A stretch of DNA of 64,000 nucleotides, taken from NCBI GenBank assembly GCA_963666285.1, contig OY762711.1; one strand, 5' to 3'. The notes beneath the pieces were generated by a model. The model searched no databases. It saw only the letters and a list, made by a program, of their open reading frames with translations, and was not told the DNA's origin. The first letter of the stretch is position 1. Every line of letters begins with the position of its first letter. This document shows, in pieces, positions 9,641-19,665 of this stretch. Both the position numbers and the translations under genes were made by a program. Source of the DNA: Sedimentisphaerales bacterium. Lineage in GTDB: Bacteria; Planctomycetota; Phycisphaerae; Sedimentisphaerales; SM23-30.

Positions 9641-10440
9641 GTTATTATACTGTCAATAAGACTGTTAAAAGCTATCTGGTCTAATACTTCAAAATCATCA
9701 GCCTCGGCATCTGCGGGCGGGTCGCCTGTATTGGGATCAACATAAATCAGCGATTCATTCCAGGCTTTAGAATTATATTGAAACTGGTATGTCATATCAT
9801 AAACATACTGCTTACCAGAATTAAATATTGGAAGTACATAATTAAAGTCTATACCTGTACATTTCCATTTTCTAACTGCACCATCAAAGGCAACAGACCA
9901 GTTATCACTATTAACTTTACCGACATAACTTTCCGCAAGCTGCTGAGGTTTCTGAATAGTAGAAAATATCTGTCTGCGTTTAATTGTTAACGGTACAACT
10001 GATTTATCAACTGCAATTAACTTGCTGACTTTATCAGTCTGCCCGGCATATTTTATATCAATAGTGTAGTCATCTGGATACGTGTATTCTAAAACAATTG
10101 CTTTGCCGTTCCGATCCAGGTTAGTTTCAATCTGTATCAACCCGCCGCCGCCGCTTATCTCGTCGGCAAATCCTGCCATTTGCTCATACTGTATTAGAAA
10201 TGTTACAGTATCAGAAGCTATCGAAGTTGGCGAAATAGAACGGATATAATTATTAGTAAATGATGGGTGCTGCATACCAATATCAAGCCCCAACATATTA
10301 AAAGCCTGCTTAATCTTGGCATGACCGCTTTGCCCTGCGGTAATACCACTTACCAAAGCTGAACGGCTGACATTCTCCCAACCCCGGCGGGTATAGGTTG
10401 CCGCATCACCATCGATCAAATCTGTATATACTACTGACAT
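9637..10440 (-). CDS. Putative distal tail/hub protein
   Basis: Directly follows the tape measure gene; beta-rich composition; assigned by position only. Confidence 0.5.
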   Translation of the reverse strand: MSVVYTDLIDGDAATYTRRGWENVSRSALVSGITAGQSGHAKIKQAFNMLGLDIGMQHPSFTNNYIRSISPTSIASDTVTFLIQYEQMAGFADEISGGGGLIQIETNLDRNGKAIVLEYTYPDDYTIDIKYAGQTDKVSKLIAVDKSVVPLTIKRRQIFSTIQKPQQLAESYVGKVNSDNWSVAFDGAVRKWKCTGIDFNYVLPIFNSGKQYVYDMTYQFQYNSKAWNESLIYVDPNTGDPPADAEADDFEVLDQIAFNSLIDSIIT

Positions 10441-10443
10441 CTA

Positions 10444-11850
10444 TTACCTCAAAACAATATTCTGGATAGTATTTGCTATCGCTGTTGTATTCTGTGCCGT
10501 CTTTTCGTTTGCCTTTAAGTTCTGAGCTATCTTGTTATTACTCAAGGAAGAGCCAAGCGAACCAACCGAAACAGCACCGGCATCTATACTCATTATCGAG
10601 CCGCCTTTCATAGCAGCAGACACCGGCATATTACCGCCGCTAATTGAGCCTATCGGATCTCTGGTTTTTATCTTTAATTCTGTAGCCTTACGCCTTTTCT
10701 CAACCTCGGCAAATATCTTGTCAATAGTCTTTTTGCCATCGTCAAAGGAAAATATCTGGTCTAAACCTTCTTTGGCAAGGTTGTTATTCTGCCTGCTCAT
10801 CTCATTTGCAAACGCTTCAAGCTCACTTGCCTTATTGCCGGTAGATTCAGCAAAATCTGATATAGACTGCAAATCAAGCAATTTGCCGACCAGCTTTGAC
10901 ACTGCCGACACCACATCAAGCACAACACTTGCAAGGCCGCTAAACAAGGTAATAACACTACCTATAAAGGCCGATACGATTTTCAGTATCCCATGAATAA
11001 CACTAAAAGCCTTTGCGATAACATTGGCTATCAAAAAGGTTTTTTCCAGGCCCTTGTTAATACTGTCAGAACTGGCTATCCCGCTGGTACGCATATCCAT
11101 AAAAAGCTCACTTACATATTGAATATACGGCGCAAGGCCAACCGCTAATTTATCAATAAGTAAGGAAGTTGACTTTCTAAGGTTAGTAATAGCATCGTTA
11201 GCGGCTTCCACCTGTGCAGCGTCAACCCTGTTAATTGCACCGCCAAATTTATCTACCTCATTCATCATCTCACGAAGTGAGCCGGAACCGCCTTGCAGCA
11301 TTTGCAGCATTGCCACACCTTCAGTATCGAACAGCTTAAAGGCATATCTGACACGATCAGCCTGGCTCGGTACTTTAGCAAAGGCATCTGCCAGCGTTAA
11401 AAGTGCTTTTGCCGGGCCTTCCCGGTTGAGCTTCTTGGCATCTACCCCCAAAGCGATAAGGGCGTTTTTCGCCTCTCCTGTTCCCTGTGCAGCTTCACCG
11501 ACACGCCGAACCATTCTTTGTATAGAAGTATTCAGCGATTCGGTTTTAACCCCTGACAGCTCGGCGGCATGTTGCAGCTTGATTAAATCATCTGTCGCTA
11601 TTCCAAGCCGGTCTGACAGTTTGGCAAGATTATCAATTCTACCCATAGCCTTACCAACAGCCACAGAAACCGCACCAAAGCCCGCCGCCGCTGCTATGCC
11701 CATAGCCTTAAATATTCTGGAAACAGCCGTCACGCTTGCTTGTGCGGCTTTCTCGAACCTGTTCAGCTTCTTACGGCTTCGCTTGATATTTCGCTCAAAC
11801 AAAACAGTCTTTGCGGTAAGGTTTATTAGTAATGTTGCTACAGTTGCCAT
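10444..11850 (-). CDS. Tape measure protein (short, 468 aa)
   Basis: MATVATLLINLTA N-terminus; Ala/Gly-rich helical sequence; follows the tail chaperones. Confidence 0.85.
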   Translation of the reverse strand: MATVATLLINLTAKTVLFERNIKRSRKKLNRFEKAAQASVTAVSRIFKAMGIAAAAGFGAVSVAVGKAMGRIDNLAKLSDRLGIATDDLIKLQHAAELSGVKTESLNTSIQRMVRRVGEAAQGTGEAKNALIALGVDAKKLNREGPAKALLTLADAFAKVPSQADRVRYAFKLFDTEGVAMLQMLQGGSGSLREMMNEVDKFGGAINRVDAAQVEAANDAITNLRKSTSLLIDKLAVGLAPYIQYVSELFMDMRTSGIASSDSINKGLEKTFLIANVIAKAFSVIHGILKIVSAFIGSVITLFSGLASVVLDVVSAVSKLVGKLLDLQSISDFAESTGNKASELEAFANEMSRQNNNLAKEGLDQIFSFDDGKKTIDKIFAEVEKRRKATELKIKTRDPIGSISGGNMPVSAAMKGGSIMSIDAGAVSVGSLGSSLSNNKIAQNLKANEKTAQNTTAIANTIQNIVLR

Positions 11851-11865
11851 AATGACCTTTACATA

Positions 11866-12174
11866 CTATGTATGTTTACACGTTGCCTTTAATAGTTCTT
11901 TCATCATCTGCCAGCTCATTATTTTTTTGAACCGGCTAAATGTCGGCATAAATTCTTTAAGATTATAATTCTTCTTACTATGCAGATTAGCGTTAACCTG
12001 GCATAACAGGGCATTTCTAAAATCTGCCCGCCATTCGCCAAAAGGATTAACCTTATAATATGCCATCCATTCGGATAGTTCCTTGCTGGTCATTCGGTTT
12101 AACAGTTCGCTAACTGTCATCCCCAAATGACCGGCAAGGGTAAATACAAATTGCCTGAACGGATGGTTTACGAG
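11866..12174 (-). CDS. C-terminal part of tail assembly chaperone GT, reached by -1 frameshift
   Basis: The -1 frame is open from the slippery site (LVNHPFRQFVFTLAGHLGMTVSELL...EWMAYY) into ORF 11866..12126. Confidence 0.85.
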   Translation of the reverse strand, partial: LVNHPFRQFVFTLAGHLGMTVSELLNRMTSKELSEWMAYYKVNPFGEWRADFRNALLCQVNANLHSKKNYNLKEFMPTFSRFKKIMSWQMMKELLKATCKHT

Positions 12175-12512
12175 TTTTTTTCAAGCTCATCAATGTCATT
12201 CTGACTTATACCTGACAGCTTGCTTGCTACCGAAAATATCCTGTCCAGGGCCGCCGCCGATTTATTGCCAAGCTCAACGATATCAGCCTGGGTAAACATC
12301 AGGTTGCGGCTTGAATCAACAACGCTCATAGCCGCAAGTTTAGCACGAATATTGCGGGTGTCAGTTACACCGCCTTGCACGATTGACGCTTCAAATGCGT
12401 CACGTTCAACGCCTGACATTGCCTTTACTATTACATCGCCGCCCCATTCAGGGACAGAAACAACCTGTATTTTAAGGTCTTGTGAATTAAGTATATCTTC
12501 TCTTGTCAACAT
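12168..12512 (-). CDS. Tail assembly chaperone G
   Basis: VPEWGGDV...ELEKNS; between tail tube and tape measure genes. Confidence 0.85.
   Translation of the reverse strand: MLTREDILNSQDLKIQVVSVPEWGGDVIVKAMSGVERDAFEASIVQGGVTDTRNIRAKLAAMSVVDSSRNLMFTQADIVELGNKSAAALDRIFSVASKLSGISQNDIDELEKNS
12174..12180 (-). other. Programmed -1 ribosomal frameshift slippery heptamer A AAA AAC
   Basis: GAA AAA AAC TCG TAA at the 3' end of the G gene fits X XXY YYZ. Confidence 0.85.
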
Positions 12513-12548
12513 CTTTGCTACTTCCTTGTATTAGTATGTTAGATTAAA

Positions 12549-12953
12549 TTAAGCACCTGCCGAAAATTCAGGTTTGCCGGTTAGTTTGATTGTTATATCA
12601 GCCGTAATTTTATCATCGTTTGGCGATGTGCCGGAAATACCGGAAACATAGCCGGAACCTTTCCAGCTTGCACTATCAGGGAAAGTAACCGTCCAATCTT
12701 CTGCTGTTCTGCCGTCGGCAGAAGTTTTCAGGGCATTGAATGTTGTTTTCAAATAATTACCTGAAAAGGTAATTTCCCCGGCATCGATCATGCCGGCGAT
12801 AAATTCCTTGTAAGCGTCGGGACTGTCCATATTGCTTACTTCGATCATATCAACGGTTAAACCGCCGATTGTGATTGATATAAGCTCGCCGATAGTACCG
12901 GCTTTACTTCCTTTTAATGTTGTGCCAAATCCATGTATTGCACTGCTTGTCAT
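12549..12953 (-). CDS. Major tail (tube) protein
   Basis: IEVSNMDSPDAYKEFIAGMIDAGEITF and ITIKLTGKP, lambda-like tube motifs. Confidence 0.85.
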   Translation of the reverse strand: MTSSAIHGFGTTLKGSKAGTIGELISITIGGLTVDMIEVSNMDSPDAYKEFIAGMIDAGEITFSGNYLKTTFNALKTSADGRTAEDWTVTFPDSASWKGSGYVSGISGTSPNDDKITADITIKLTGKPEFSAGA

Positions 12954-12975
12954 TTTTCTTTACTCCTTTAAGATT

Positions 12976-13047
12976 TATACACATAGTGTATTTTTGCCTG
13001 ATCGCTCGCAGAGAACAAATGCCAGTGAAATCATTTATATCACGCTC
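12976..13047 (-). promoter_or_regulatory. Late-gene upstream element, copy 1
   Basis: Plus strand TATACAC-N3-GTGTATTT...CGCT...ATATCACGCTC; shared with copies at 14922 and 19665. Confidence 0.55.
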
Positions 13048-13075
13048 TGGCGGGCAATCTGAATTGTGATTATTC

Positions 13076-13510
13076 TTACAGGTTATACCACAACTGAATA
13101 TCTATTCTCTTTCCGTAGCGTTTAGATTTATCAGTTCCCTCTGTATAGTCAAAGATATCACCTATATCATTTACATGAACACATTGTATTATTAAGCCAT
13201 CAATAGAGCCGCTAAAGCAGTCTATACCACCGGTATTATCTTCCTTGACATATTCTGCAACTACAGCATTTTTAAGCTCTACAGTGCTTATATAACTGTC
13301 AGACCAGCAATTTAGCTGCATACGTGCTTTACTCATACCACTTACACCATCTAATACATGGTCTCTTTCTTCAGAGATAAGATTATAAGTAATATATGGC
13401 ATTACTGATTTAGGCTCGCCCAGTTCCGGCGATATCCGTTCAGCCACTAAAGCCGTTACCTGGCTGCAATTTGCCAGAAGCTTATATACTGCTTTTTCTG
13501 CACTGCTCAT
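13076..13510 (-). CDS. Tail terminator/completion protein (DUF3168-like)
   Basis: LVAERISP...PYITYNLIS...RMQLNCWS; synteny. Confidence 0.8.
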   Translation of the reverse strand: MSSAEKAVYKLLANCSQVTALVAERISPELGEPKSVMPYITYNLISEERDHVLDGVSGMSKARMQLNCWSDSYISTVELKNAVVAEYVKEDNTGGIDCFSGSIDGLIIQCVHVNDIGDIFDYTEGTDKSKRYGKRIDIQLWYNL

Positions 13511-13595
13511 TCTGTCCTCGTTACAATCTCATCTGCCCGCCTGATCGTGGTATAAATGTCCACAATTAACAATCAGGTATCAGGCGATTAGTTAA

Positions 13596-14048
13596 TCACA
13601 CACTTTGTGTGTCAATACCTTTTTTGATTTCCTTTTCCATTACCTTTATACGTGCCTCGTTGGTCTTTTCCGCTGCCGTTCTCATATACGGTATCGGTGG
13701 AACCTTACCGCCATTTGTTGTTACATGACCATACTCGATAGCGGTCGGGATAAAATACCTTTCGCCTGATTCGGTATTATGGACAAACTCGTCTGCACGT
13801 TTAGCGTCAATTTCAACATTTGTCCGGTATTCACCCGGCTTCTGTCTGCGAGCCGCTTTAACCTGCAATGCGCCGCTTATCTTATTACCCATCTCACCGC
13901 CAACCATAGAAACAGCGTTTGCCTTTGCTTCCTTGAGCGTTACCCTTTGGGCTACTCTACTGGCCTTACGGACAATATTTTTAGCCTTGCTCTTTTCCAT
14001 CTTTAACAGCTTGCGTTCAAGATTATCAAATCCCTCTAAACTGCTCAT
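13596..14048 (-). CDS. HK97 gp10-like tail component
   Basis: LEGFDNLERKL...IEYGH...PPIPYMRTA. Confidence 0.85.
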   Translation of the reverse strand: MSSLEGFDNLERKLLKMEKSKAKNIVRKASRVAQRVTLKEAKANAVSMVGGEMGNKISGALQVKAARRQKPGEYRTNVEIDAKRADEFVHNTESGERYFIPTAIEYGHVTTNGGKVPPIPYMRTAAEKTNEARIKVMEKEIKKGIDTQSV

Positions 14049-14365
14049 TTCTGCTCCTGTGCCGTTACTATCATAAAGATATTGCGTTCCTGATAGTTCT
14101 GTACGGCTATAATTTCAAAGATTCTATCTTCCCACTTTATCCGGCAATTCTCGTCTAAATCGGCGTTATACCTGATTACAATACTATGTGTTACGCTGGC
14201 AGTTTCACGATTACCCTGTTCTTTAACCTGGCCTGATACCGGCTTTATATTGGCCCAGGCATAAGCAATCTTTGTCCAGTTTTTAACCGGCTCGCCGTAA
14301 TCACTATTTACAGTTGTGCTATAGTTCTGTAATTCTACTAAATGCCTTAACTGTCCAACCTGCAT
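14045..14365 (-). CDS. Head closure/stopper protein (SPP1 gp16-like)
   Basis: MQVGQLRHLVELQ...YGEP...W...WANI...IRY. Confidence 0.9.
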   Translation of the reverse strand: MQVGQLRHLVELQNYSTTVNSDYGEPVKNWTKIAYAWANIKPVSGQVKEQGNRETASVTHSIVIRYNADLDENCRIKWEDRIFEIIAVQNYQERNIFMIVTAQEQK

Positions 14366-14922
14366 TAAAACACCCTCTCAAACAATAAATCCTTTGCGTT
14401 CATTGGCATTTCTTCAAGTTTTAACTCGCTGTTCTGTTCCCGGTGTTCATACAAATGAGTAAGTATAAGCTTTATAGCCTGCTTGACTCTTTCAGGTACA
14501 GCGTCAGCATTACCGAAACCGGCAACATAAACGATTTCAACAGCGTTTCTAATATCCAGCGGTGTCGGAAAATCAACATTGTAAGCCTCATAAACAACAG
14601 GCGGCATACTATAAGTATCAAGCACATAATCGGCGGCATCGATTGTCTGTTCAACCTGGTCATCATCAATATACTTAAATGAAGTTACAGACTGAGCCGG
14701 GCCAACTGGCAATTCAATAACACTTCTCATAGCATTATATTTAACCGTTATAGTCTGAGTAATATACCTGGTATTTTCGTAGCCTTCGCACCATTGCCGG
14801 GCAATAGTTATCAAAGACGATATATAACTATCCTCTGCGGTTGATGTTACCCGCAAATGCGTTTTAGCCTCTTCCAGCGTTACAGGCTCGGTATTTGGTT
14901 CAATTGTTACTTTATAATTCAT
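14365..14922 (-). CDS. Head-tail connector (HK97 gp6/SPP1 gp15-like); probable start ATG 14922
   Basis: EPVTLEEAKTHLRV...VPERVKQAIKLILTHLYEHRE. Confidence 0.9.
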   Translation of the reverse strand: MNYKVTIEPNTEPVTLEEAKTHLRVTSTAEDSYISSLITIARQWCEGYENTRYITQTITVKYNAMRSVIELPVGPAQSVTSFKYIDDDQVEQTIDAADYVLDTYSMPPVVYEAYNVDFPTPLDIRNAVEIVYVAGFGNADAVPERVKQAIKLILTHLYEHREQNSELKLEEMPMNAKDLLFERVF

Positions 14923-14989
14923 ATACACCTTGTGTATTTTATTTAGCCGCTTGTTGATATTCTATATTGTCAATATTTACAATACGCCC
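14922..14989 (-). promoter_or_regulatory. Late-gene upstream element, copy 2
   Basis: TATACACCTTGTGTATTT...CCGCT...ATACGCCC; the palindrome contains the RBS AAGGTG. Confidence 0.5.
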
Positions 14990-15026
14990 TAACGAATAAT
15001 TGCAATTGTAAACATTAAATATATTA

Positions 15027-15053
15027 GTGTGACTGCCATTTAGACAGTCACAC
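15027..15053 (-). terminator. Hairpin after the capsid/decoration genes (weak terminator or mRNA stabiliser)
   Basis: GTGTGACTG...CAGTCACAC, 9-bp stem without a clean U-tract. Confidence 0.4.
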
Positions 15054-15081
15054 ATAAAAAATGAAGAAAACTTTTAGTATA

Positions 15082-15555
15082 TTACACTGCTGAAGGCGGC
15101 GTTTCCTGGTGATAGCGGCCTTCGTAAAGCTGATATACAGCACTTAACGCCATATTAGCACCGTCAGCGGTAACAAGCCTTACATGGGTATAGTCCTCGT
15201 TAACATCAAGGTCGGCGACATCAATTCCAATCACATACAACAGGTTAGCGTCAGCAGTTGCATCAGTAGTAAAAGTATCTGATTCAACTGCTGTCTCAAC
15301 TAATGTATCACTGGAAACGGTATCAATATTTGCAAATACAGTATCAAACGATAAAGCCTTAGCGTCTGTACCGTCTGCATCTTTAGCCTGGATCAAGGAA
15401 ATAGCAGAGCCGGTTACACCTGTTGCATTGTCAACAGTAATAATAACTGCCAACTTTCTATAGTTCACCAGGCTTACAAAAGCCGGGACAGAACCAGCCG
15501 GGGTAATCGGTGCTAAAGCCGATACATACTTTGTTTCTTCTAAAACTGATTTCAT
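15082..15555 (-). CDS. Putative capsid decoration/cement protein
   Basis: Immediately after the major capsid gene; beta-rich; RBS GGAG. Confidence 0.55.
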   Translation of the reverse strand: MKSVLEETKYVSALAPITPAGSVPAFVSLVNYRKLAVIITVDNATGVTGSAISLIQAKDADGTDAKALSFDTVFANIDTVSSDTLVETAVESDTFTTDATADANLLYVIGIDVADLDVNEDYTHVRLVTADGANMALSAVYQLYEGRYHQETPPSAV

Positions 15556-15600
15556 TATCTCAAATCTCCATATTATGAAAGTTAATAGTTAATTGCCGTA

Positions 15601-16902
15601 TTACTTACGGCTGTTCAAAGCTATCATTGGCGATAGTTCCGGGCCATTTTCCGGTATGATTACTCCATTCAGCCAGCTTTGACCGTCGATTTCAAAGGTA
15701 AAGCGGAAAACAGATTCATCATAGTCAAACCGCAAATGAATACTCATCGCAGATTTCACACCGCCACGCAAACCAACAGCGTAGAAAGAAGGGTCAACAA
15801 GGATAATATCGCCTTTTGTACCAAGCTCTTTACAATACTCAGTTGTCAGCATTGGACGGCCTTTAAGCGTTTCTTTACCGCTGTTATAAATACCGGAAGC
15901 CAAACCAACTACAGTCTTAGAACCGTTATTATCAGTTGATATTACATTCAGGCCATCAAACTGCTCGCTGCAACCATGATTATGCAGCCAGATAGAACGG
16001 TTACGGCATTCGGCAGGCATACGCGCCCACATCTTGTTAATGTTAGGTGCTATAATAGTCTGCTTTGACTGTGAACTTTCAGAGCCAATACCAAGCAGAC
16101 AGCCGGAGTTCATAATACCATGCGGTTTACCTGTACCGTTACCGTTTAGAATGGCATCATTAACCTTTGCCTTTAATGCTGCGGTTGCGGCCCTGGCTAT
16201 AAACTGGTCAGCCGCTACAGCCTGACTAAGCAGCTCATTTGTAGCAGGTATCAACACCGCCAGCTTTTGCGGTTTAAGCTCCATTTCACGAAGCTTATAA
16301 TCACTGGTGTTAATTTTGTTGCCTTCCTTAACCCAAAACGCAACAACACCGCCATAACGAGAACCGCCGCTTCTTACATTACCATCAACAGCAGAGAATG
16401 TTAGGCTTGAGCCGGTTACTGTGTACTGGTCACACAAGGAAAGAAGACTTGCCTCATCAGCCATCAAACCTTCATGTATGGTATTGGAAAACTGAGGCGG
16501 AATTGCAAAGCCGCCTTCCGATCCGGTTTGAGTATTAGCACCGGAAGCAGCAGCAGAAACTAACAACCGTTCATCCGGCCTGACTCCACCCTGACCGGCG
16601 GCATGTACTACAGTTGCAAATTCGCCCAGGTTAGAAAAACCGCAGGTCGGGTCATCTTCCCGGCGGTCATGTACATTACTAATTGTAGTATCTGTATTTT
16701 TGGCCGGGATAGTACGCTTCTGGTCGATAAGCTTCTCTTCATTGGCTATCTGCTTCTGTACCTTTTCGGCACTTTCCATAAGCTCATTGAATTTTACCTG
16801 CTCATCTTCTGTAATTTCGTGGCCGTCCTCTGGATTAAGAATTGCGTCGGCCTTGTCGCAAATCTCCTGATGCTTCGCTCTAAGCTTAAATAACTTATCC
16901 AT
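15601..16902 (-). CDS. Major capsid protein, HK97 fold (probable start ATG 16902)
   Basis: Coiled-coil delta-like N-terminus; EGGFAIPPQF, WVKEG, ILNGNGTGKPHGI, TLKGRP; RBS GAAGGAG. Confidence 0.95.
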   Translation of the reverse strand: MDKLFKLRAKHQEICDKADAILNPEDGHEITEDEQVKFNELMESAEKVQKQIANEEKLIDQKRTIPAKNTDTTISNVHDRREDDPTCGFSNLGEFATVVHAAGQGGVRPDERLLVSAAASGANTQTGSEGGFAIPPQFSNTIHEGLMADEASLLSLCDQYTVTGSSLTFSAVDGNVRSGGSRYGGVVAFWVKEGNKINTSDYKLREMELKPQKLAVLIPATNELLSQAVAADQFIARAATAALKAKVNDAILNGNGTGKPHGIMNSGCLLGIGSESSQSKQTIIAPNINKMWARMPAECRNRSIWLHNHGCSEQFDGLNVISTDNNGSKTVVGLASGIYNSGKETLKGRPMLTTEYCKELGTKGDIILVDPSFYAVGLRGGVKSAMSIHLRFDYDESVFRFTFEIDGQSWLNGVIIPENGPELSPMIALNSRK

Positions 16903-16948
16903 TCTCTTTACTCCTTCAAATGAAATGGTGTTTATATATAGCGTATAT

Positions 16949-17788
16949 TCAGCTTGCTGTCCGCGCAAGTCTTAATCTGTTACGCATTGCCTGTTTATTG
17001 ACAGGACTTTCCCTCATTATCTGTTCAAATGTAGCTATACGGTCGATCATACCAGCCTGTAAAGCGTCACTTGCAATTAACATTCTGCCCTTGCCGTATG
17101 TGCCTTTAACATTATCTGCCGTTGTCTGGCGGTTACTGGCAACGGTATTTACAAAGCGGTCATAATACTGATTAACCTGGTATTGTAAGTATTCCTTAGC
17201 GTCCTTACTTAACGGCTCATAAGGGTTTGCCTCAACTTTGTATTCACCGGCCTTAACAATAGTGAGTTTAACACCCATCTTATCAAGTGCCTCGCTGACA
17301 TCCTGATGAACAACCAGAGTGCCAATACTGCCGACCTGACTGGTAGGCATTGCCACAATTTCACTTGCCGCCGAGCCGATACCATAAGCAGCAGAAGCCA
17401 TCCAGCCGTTAACCAGTGCGACAATCGGCTTTTGTGACCGCATAGAAGCAATCTTACCGCTCATCTCATCCATTCCCATAGCGTCACCGCCGGGGCTGTC
17501 AATATCAAGTATGATACGGTTAACCTTTTTATTGCTCATAGCCTGTTCTAACAGGTTATCCAAGTTCTGGTAACTCTGACCGAAATAGCGGGAATATGCA
17601 CTGTCCCGGTTAAATAAAGGCCCTTGTATCGGGATTACACCGGCAGAGCCGACCACATTTAACATAGCCGCCTTTTCATACCAGCTTGCATTCTGCGGCT
17701 TTTCCATATCGTGACATTCAGTAATAATGTCTTTAATGTCAGCGGCGTAATCCTCGTGTATATGCCAGATTTTATTCTTGTTCTTCAT
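16949..17788 (-). CDS. S49 (SppA-type) prohead maturation protease
   Basis: LDIDSPGG, MASAAY, VGSIG, AGEYK. Confidence 0.95.
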   Translation of the reverse strand: MKNKNKIWHIHEDYAADIKDIITECHDMEKPQNASWYEKAAMLNVVGSAGVIPIQGPLFNRDSAYSRYFGQSYQNLDNLLEQAMSNKKVNRIILDIDSPGGDAMGMDEMSGKIASMRSQKPIVALVNGWMASAAYGIGSAASEIVAMPTSQVGSIGTLVVHQDVSEALDKMGVKLTIVKAGEYKVEANPYEPLSKDAKEYLQYQVNQYYDRFVNTVASNRQTTADNVKGTYGKGRMLIASDALQAGMIDRIATFEQIMRESPVNKQAMRNRLRLARTAS

Positions 17789-19004
17789 CTGTTGGCTCTT
17801 TCACCTGTTCAATACCAGAACTTTCAATTGTGCCATCTTCGCTAATTCTGGTCATATTGGTTTGCATGTAATAACTGTCACCGCCGGGGATTGGGTTTCG
17901 GTTTTCTAATATCCTTATTTCATTGCGAGACAATGTACCCCGGTAAAATTCCTTTGTGTATGCGTCCTGTCTGGTTTTGATATCACCTCTTAATAAGCCT
18001 TCCATAAGCATTTCACAGAAGTAATTATCACCATCTAATACAGTTTTCTTTATACGGCCTTCAAAGCTTTTGACCTGCGGTAAAATAGTATCTGTCGCAA
18101 ATTCCAGACTCTGATGTTCGATATTGGTAAAGGTTGATCTAAGTAAATGTGCTATCTTATGCGGCGGCATACGATACCAGCGGCATACTTCCTCTATCTG
18201 GTGCTGGCGGGTCTGTAAAAACTGTGACTCTTCCGGGGTATTTGACATTGAAGAATATTTAATACCTTCCTCGGTAACTAATACGCCTTCTTCTGCCATA
18301 CGCTTTACTGACTTGACAAGCCTGTTTTGTGCGCCTTCTGATAAAGTATTAGGATGTTCTAATACAGCATTCGGCCTTGCTCCCTTTTGAAAGAACTTAG
18401 CACCAAACAACTCGGTAGCCCTTGCCAGCCCGATAGTATCGCTGCCCGCTTCAATTGGTGATATGCCATCATAACCATTCAAAGTCAAGCCCGGCAGATA
18501 CAGCATTTCATCTTGTAGATATATGCGGTTCTCGCCGTTCCTTGTGACTTTATACCGTAATGTATCATCGGCCATTAACTGGTTCTGTACCTGGGTCGGA
18601 TGTATCGGTAAACCAAACTCTATTATATTGCCAAAGTAATCACGCTTAATCGGACTGTATGCACGCCCGTAAAGGTTCTTATGTGTTAATAGCGTCATAC
18701 GCCATTCAAAACTTGTCTGTATCTTATTAGGCGATTCTTTAAGCAGATAATACAAATAATGGTTCTCGGCCCGCTGCTTGCCGCCGTCCGACTGTTTCTG
18801 ATATGTCAAAAACGGTAACAATGCTATTGTTTCACATATAACTTTGTTACAGGCCCATATCGCACTTACCCTTAATGCGTTCTCAGGTGTAACCGGAACG
18901 CCAGCCGCCGACAAAGCAGGTACGGCAGAATACCAGAAGTCATCATAAGGACTTTTTTTAGGCTTTTCGCTTGCCTTAAATTTATTAAACAGACTTCTCA
19001 GCAT
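17772..19004 (-). CDS. Portal protein, HK97 family
   Basis: ALRVSAIWAC, GISPI, ESQFLQTR, NIEHQ, LLRGD, NEIRILEN. Confidence 0.95.
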   Translation of the reverse strand: MLRSLFNKFKASEKPKKSPYDDFWYSAVPALSAAGVPVTPENALRVSAIWACNKVICETIALLPFLTYQKQSDGGKQRAENHYLYYLLKESPNKIQTSFEWRMTLLTHKNLYGRAYSPIKRDYFGNIIEFGLPIHPTQVQNQLMADDTLRYKVTRNGENRIYLQDEMLYLPGLTLNGYDGISPIEAGSDTIGLARATELFGAKFFQKGARPNAVLEHPNTLSEGAQNRLVKSVKRMAEEGVLVTEEGIKYSSMSNTPEESQFLQTRQHQIEEVCRWYRMPPHKIAHLLRSTFTNIEHQSLEFATDTILPQVKSFEGRIKKTVLDGDNYFCEMLMEGLLRGDIKTRQDAYTKEFYRGTLSRNEIRILENRNPIPGGDSYYMQTNMTRISEDGTIESSGIEQVKEPTDEEQE

Positions 19005-19665
19005 ATACGTTACTTGTTGGCCTTAGCTTTTTATAGTGCTTGTAATTAGCAAGCTGTAAATATTCGGTATTAACTTTATGGTCACGCATGGCAGTTACTA
19101 TACTGCACTGGTCACGCTTACAAACCTTTATCATCTCAGCCCATGTTTTAAGGGCTTCGCACATCTTTTCTGTACACTTATAAATTACAATCGAAGTATC
19201 AAACAAACCAGATTTTTCGGGCAGGTTTGTAGTAAGGTTTGTAGTAGTTATGGCATCTAAAGCCTCGTTACTATCCCTTTTATATTTGCGGTTGCGGGCT
19301 ATTTCGTGATAGGTACAATCTGTTATTCTATGCCTTAACGCTGCAAATTCTGTTTCCGGCTGTAACTGACAGACAAGAGCGTCCAGGTCTGAATCAACGA
19401 TATACTTTTCAGTATCAATAAACACACACCAGTCATATTTTGGATATATTATTGGAAACATGGCCTTAATGATCTTTGATTCATGTTCGCCGCTATAGCC
19501 TGGGAAACGCATTAAAAGCGATTCCCATATATCAGAGCTGTTATGTGATAAATCATCGGTTACAAACAAATAGTCCCACCCCTCAGTAATATAACCAGGG
19601 GCAATAATTCTCGGTGTCCCAGGCCCATACCAGCGGATTACAACTGCTTTATTATTCTCTTCCAT
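18985..19665 (-). CDS. DUF616 (TOD1/MUCI70-like) glycosyltransferase; probable start ATG 19665
   Basis: WDYLFVTD, SKIIK, VFID, RHRITDCTYHEI, RDQCS; RBS GAGGTG. Confidence 0.75.
   Translation of the reverse strand: MEENNKAVVIRWYGPGTPRIIAPGYITEGWDYLFVTDDLSHNSSDIWESLLMRFPGYSGEHESKIIKAMFPIIYPKYDWCVFIDTEKYIVDSDLDALVCQLQPETEFAALRHRITDCTYHEIARNRKYKRDSNEALDAITTTNLTTNLPEKSGLFDTSIVIYKCTEKMCEALKTWAEMIKVCKRDQCSIVTAMRDHKVNTEYLQLANYKHYKKLRPTSNVYAEKSV

Noticed and set aside
16903..16968. N-terminal extension of the capsid ORF (likewise for SSB, MTase, holB, ricT)
   Set aside because: Downstream ATGs have a better RBS or stop/start coupling, and family similarity starts there.
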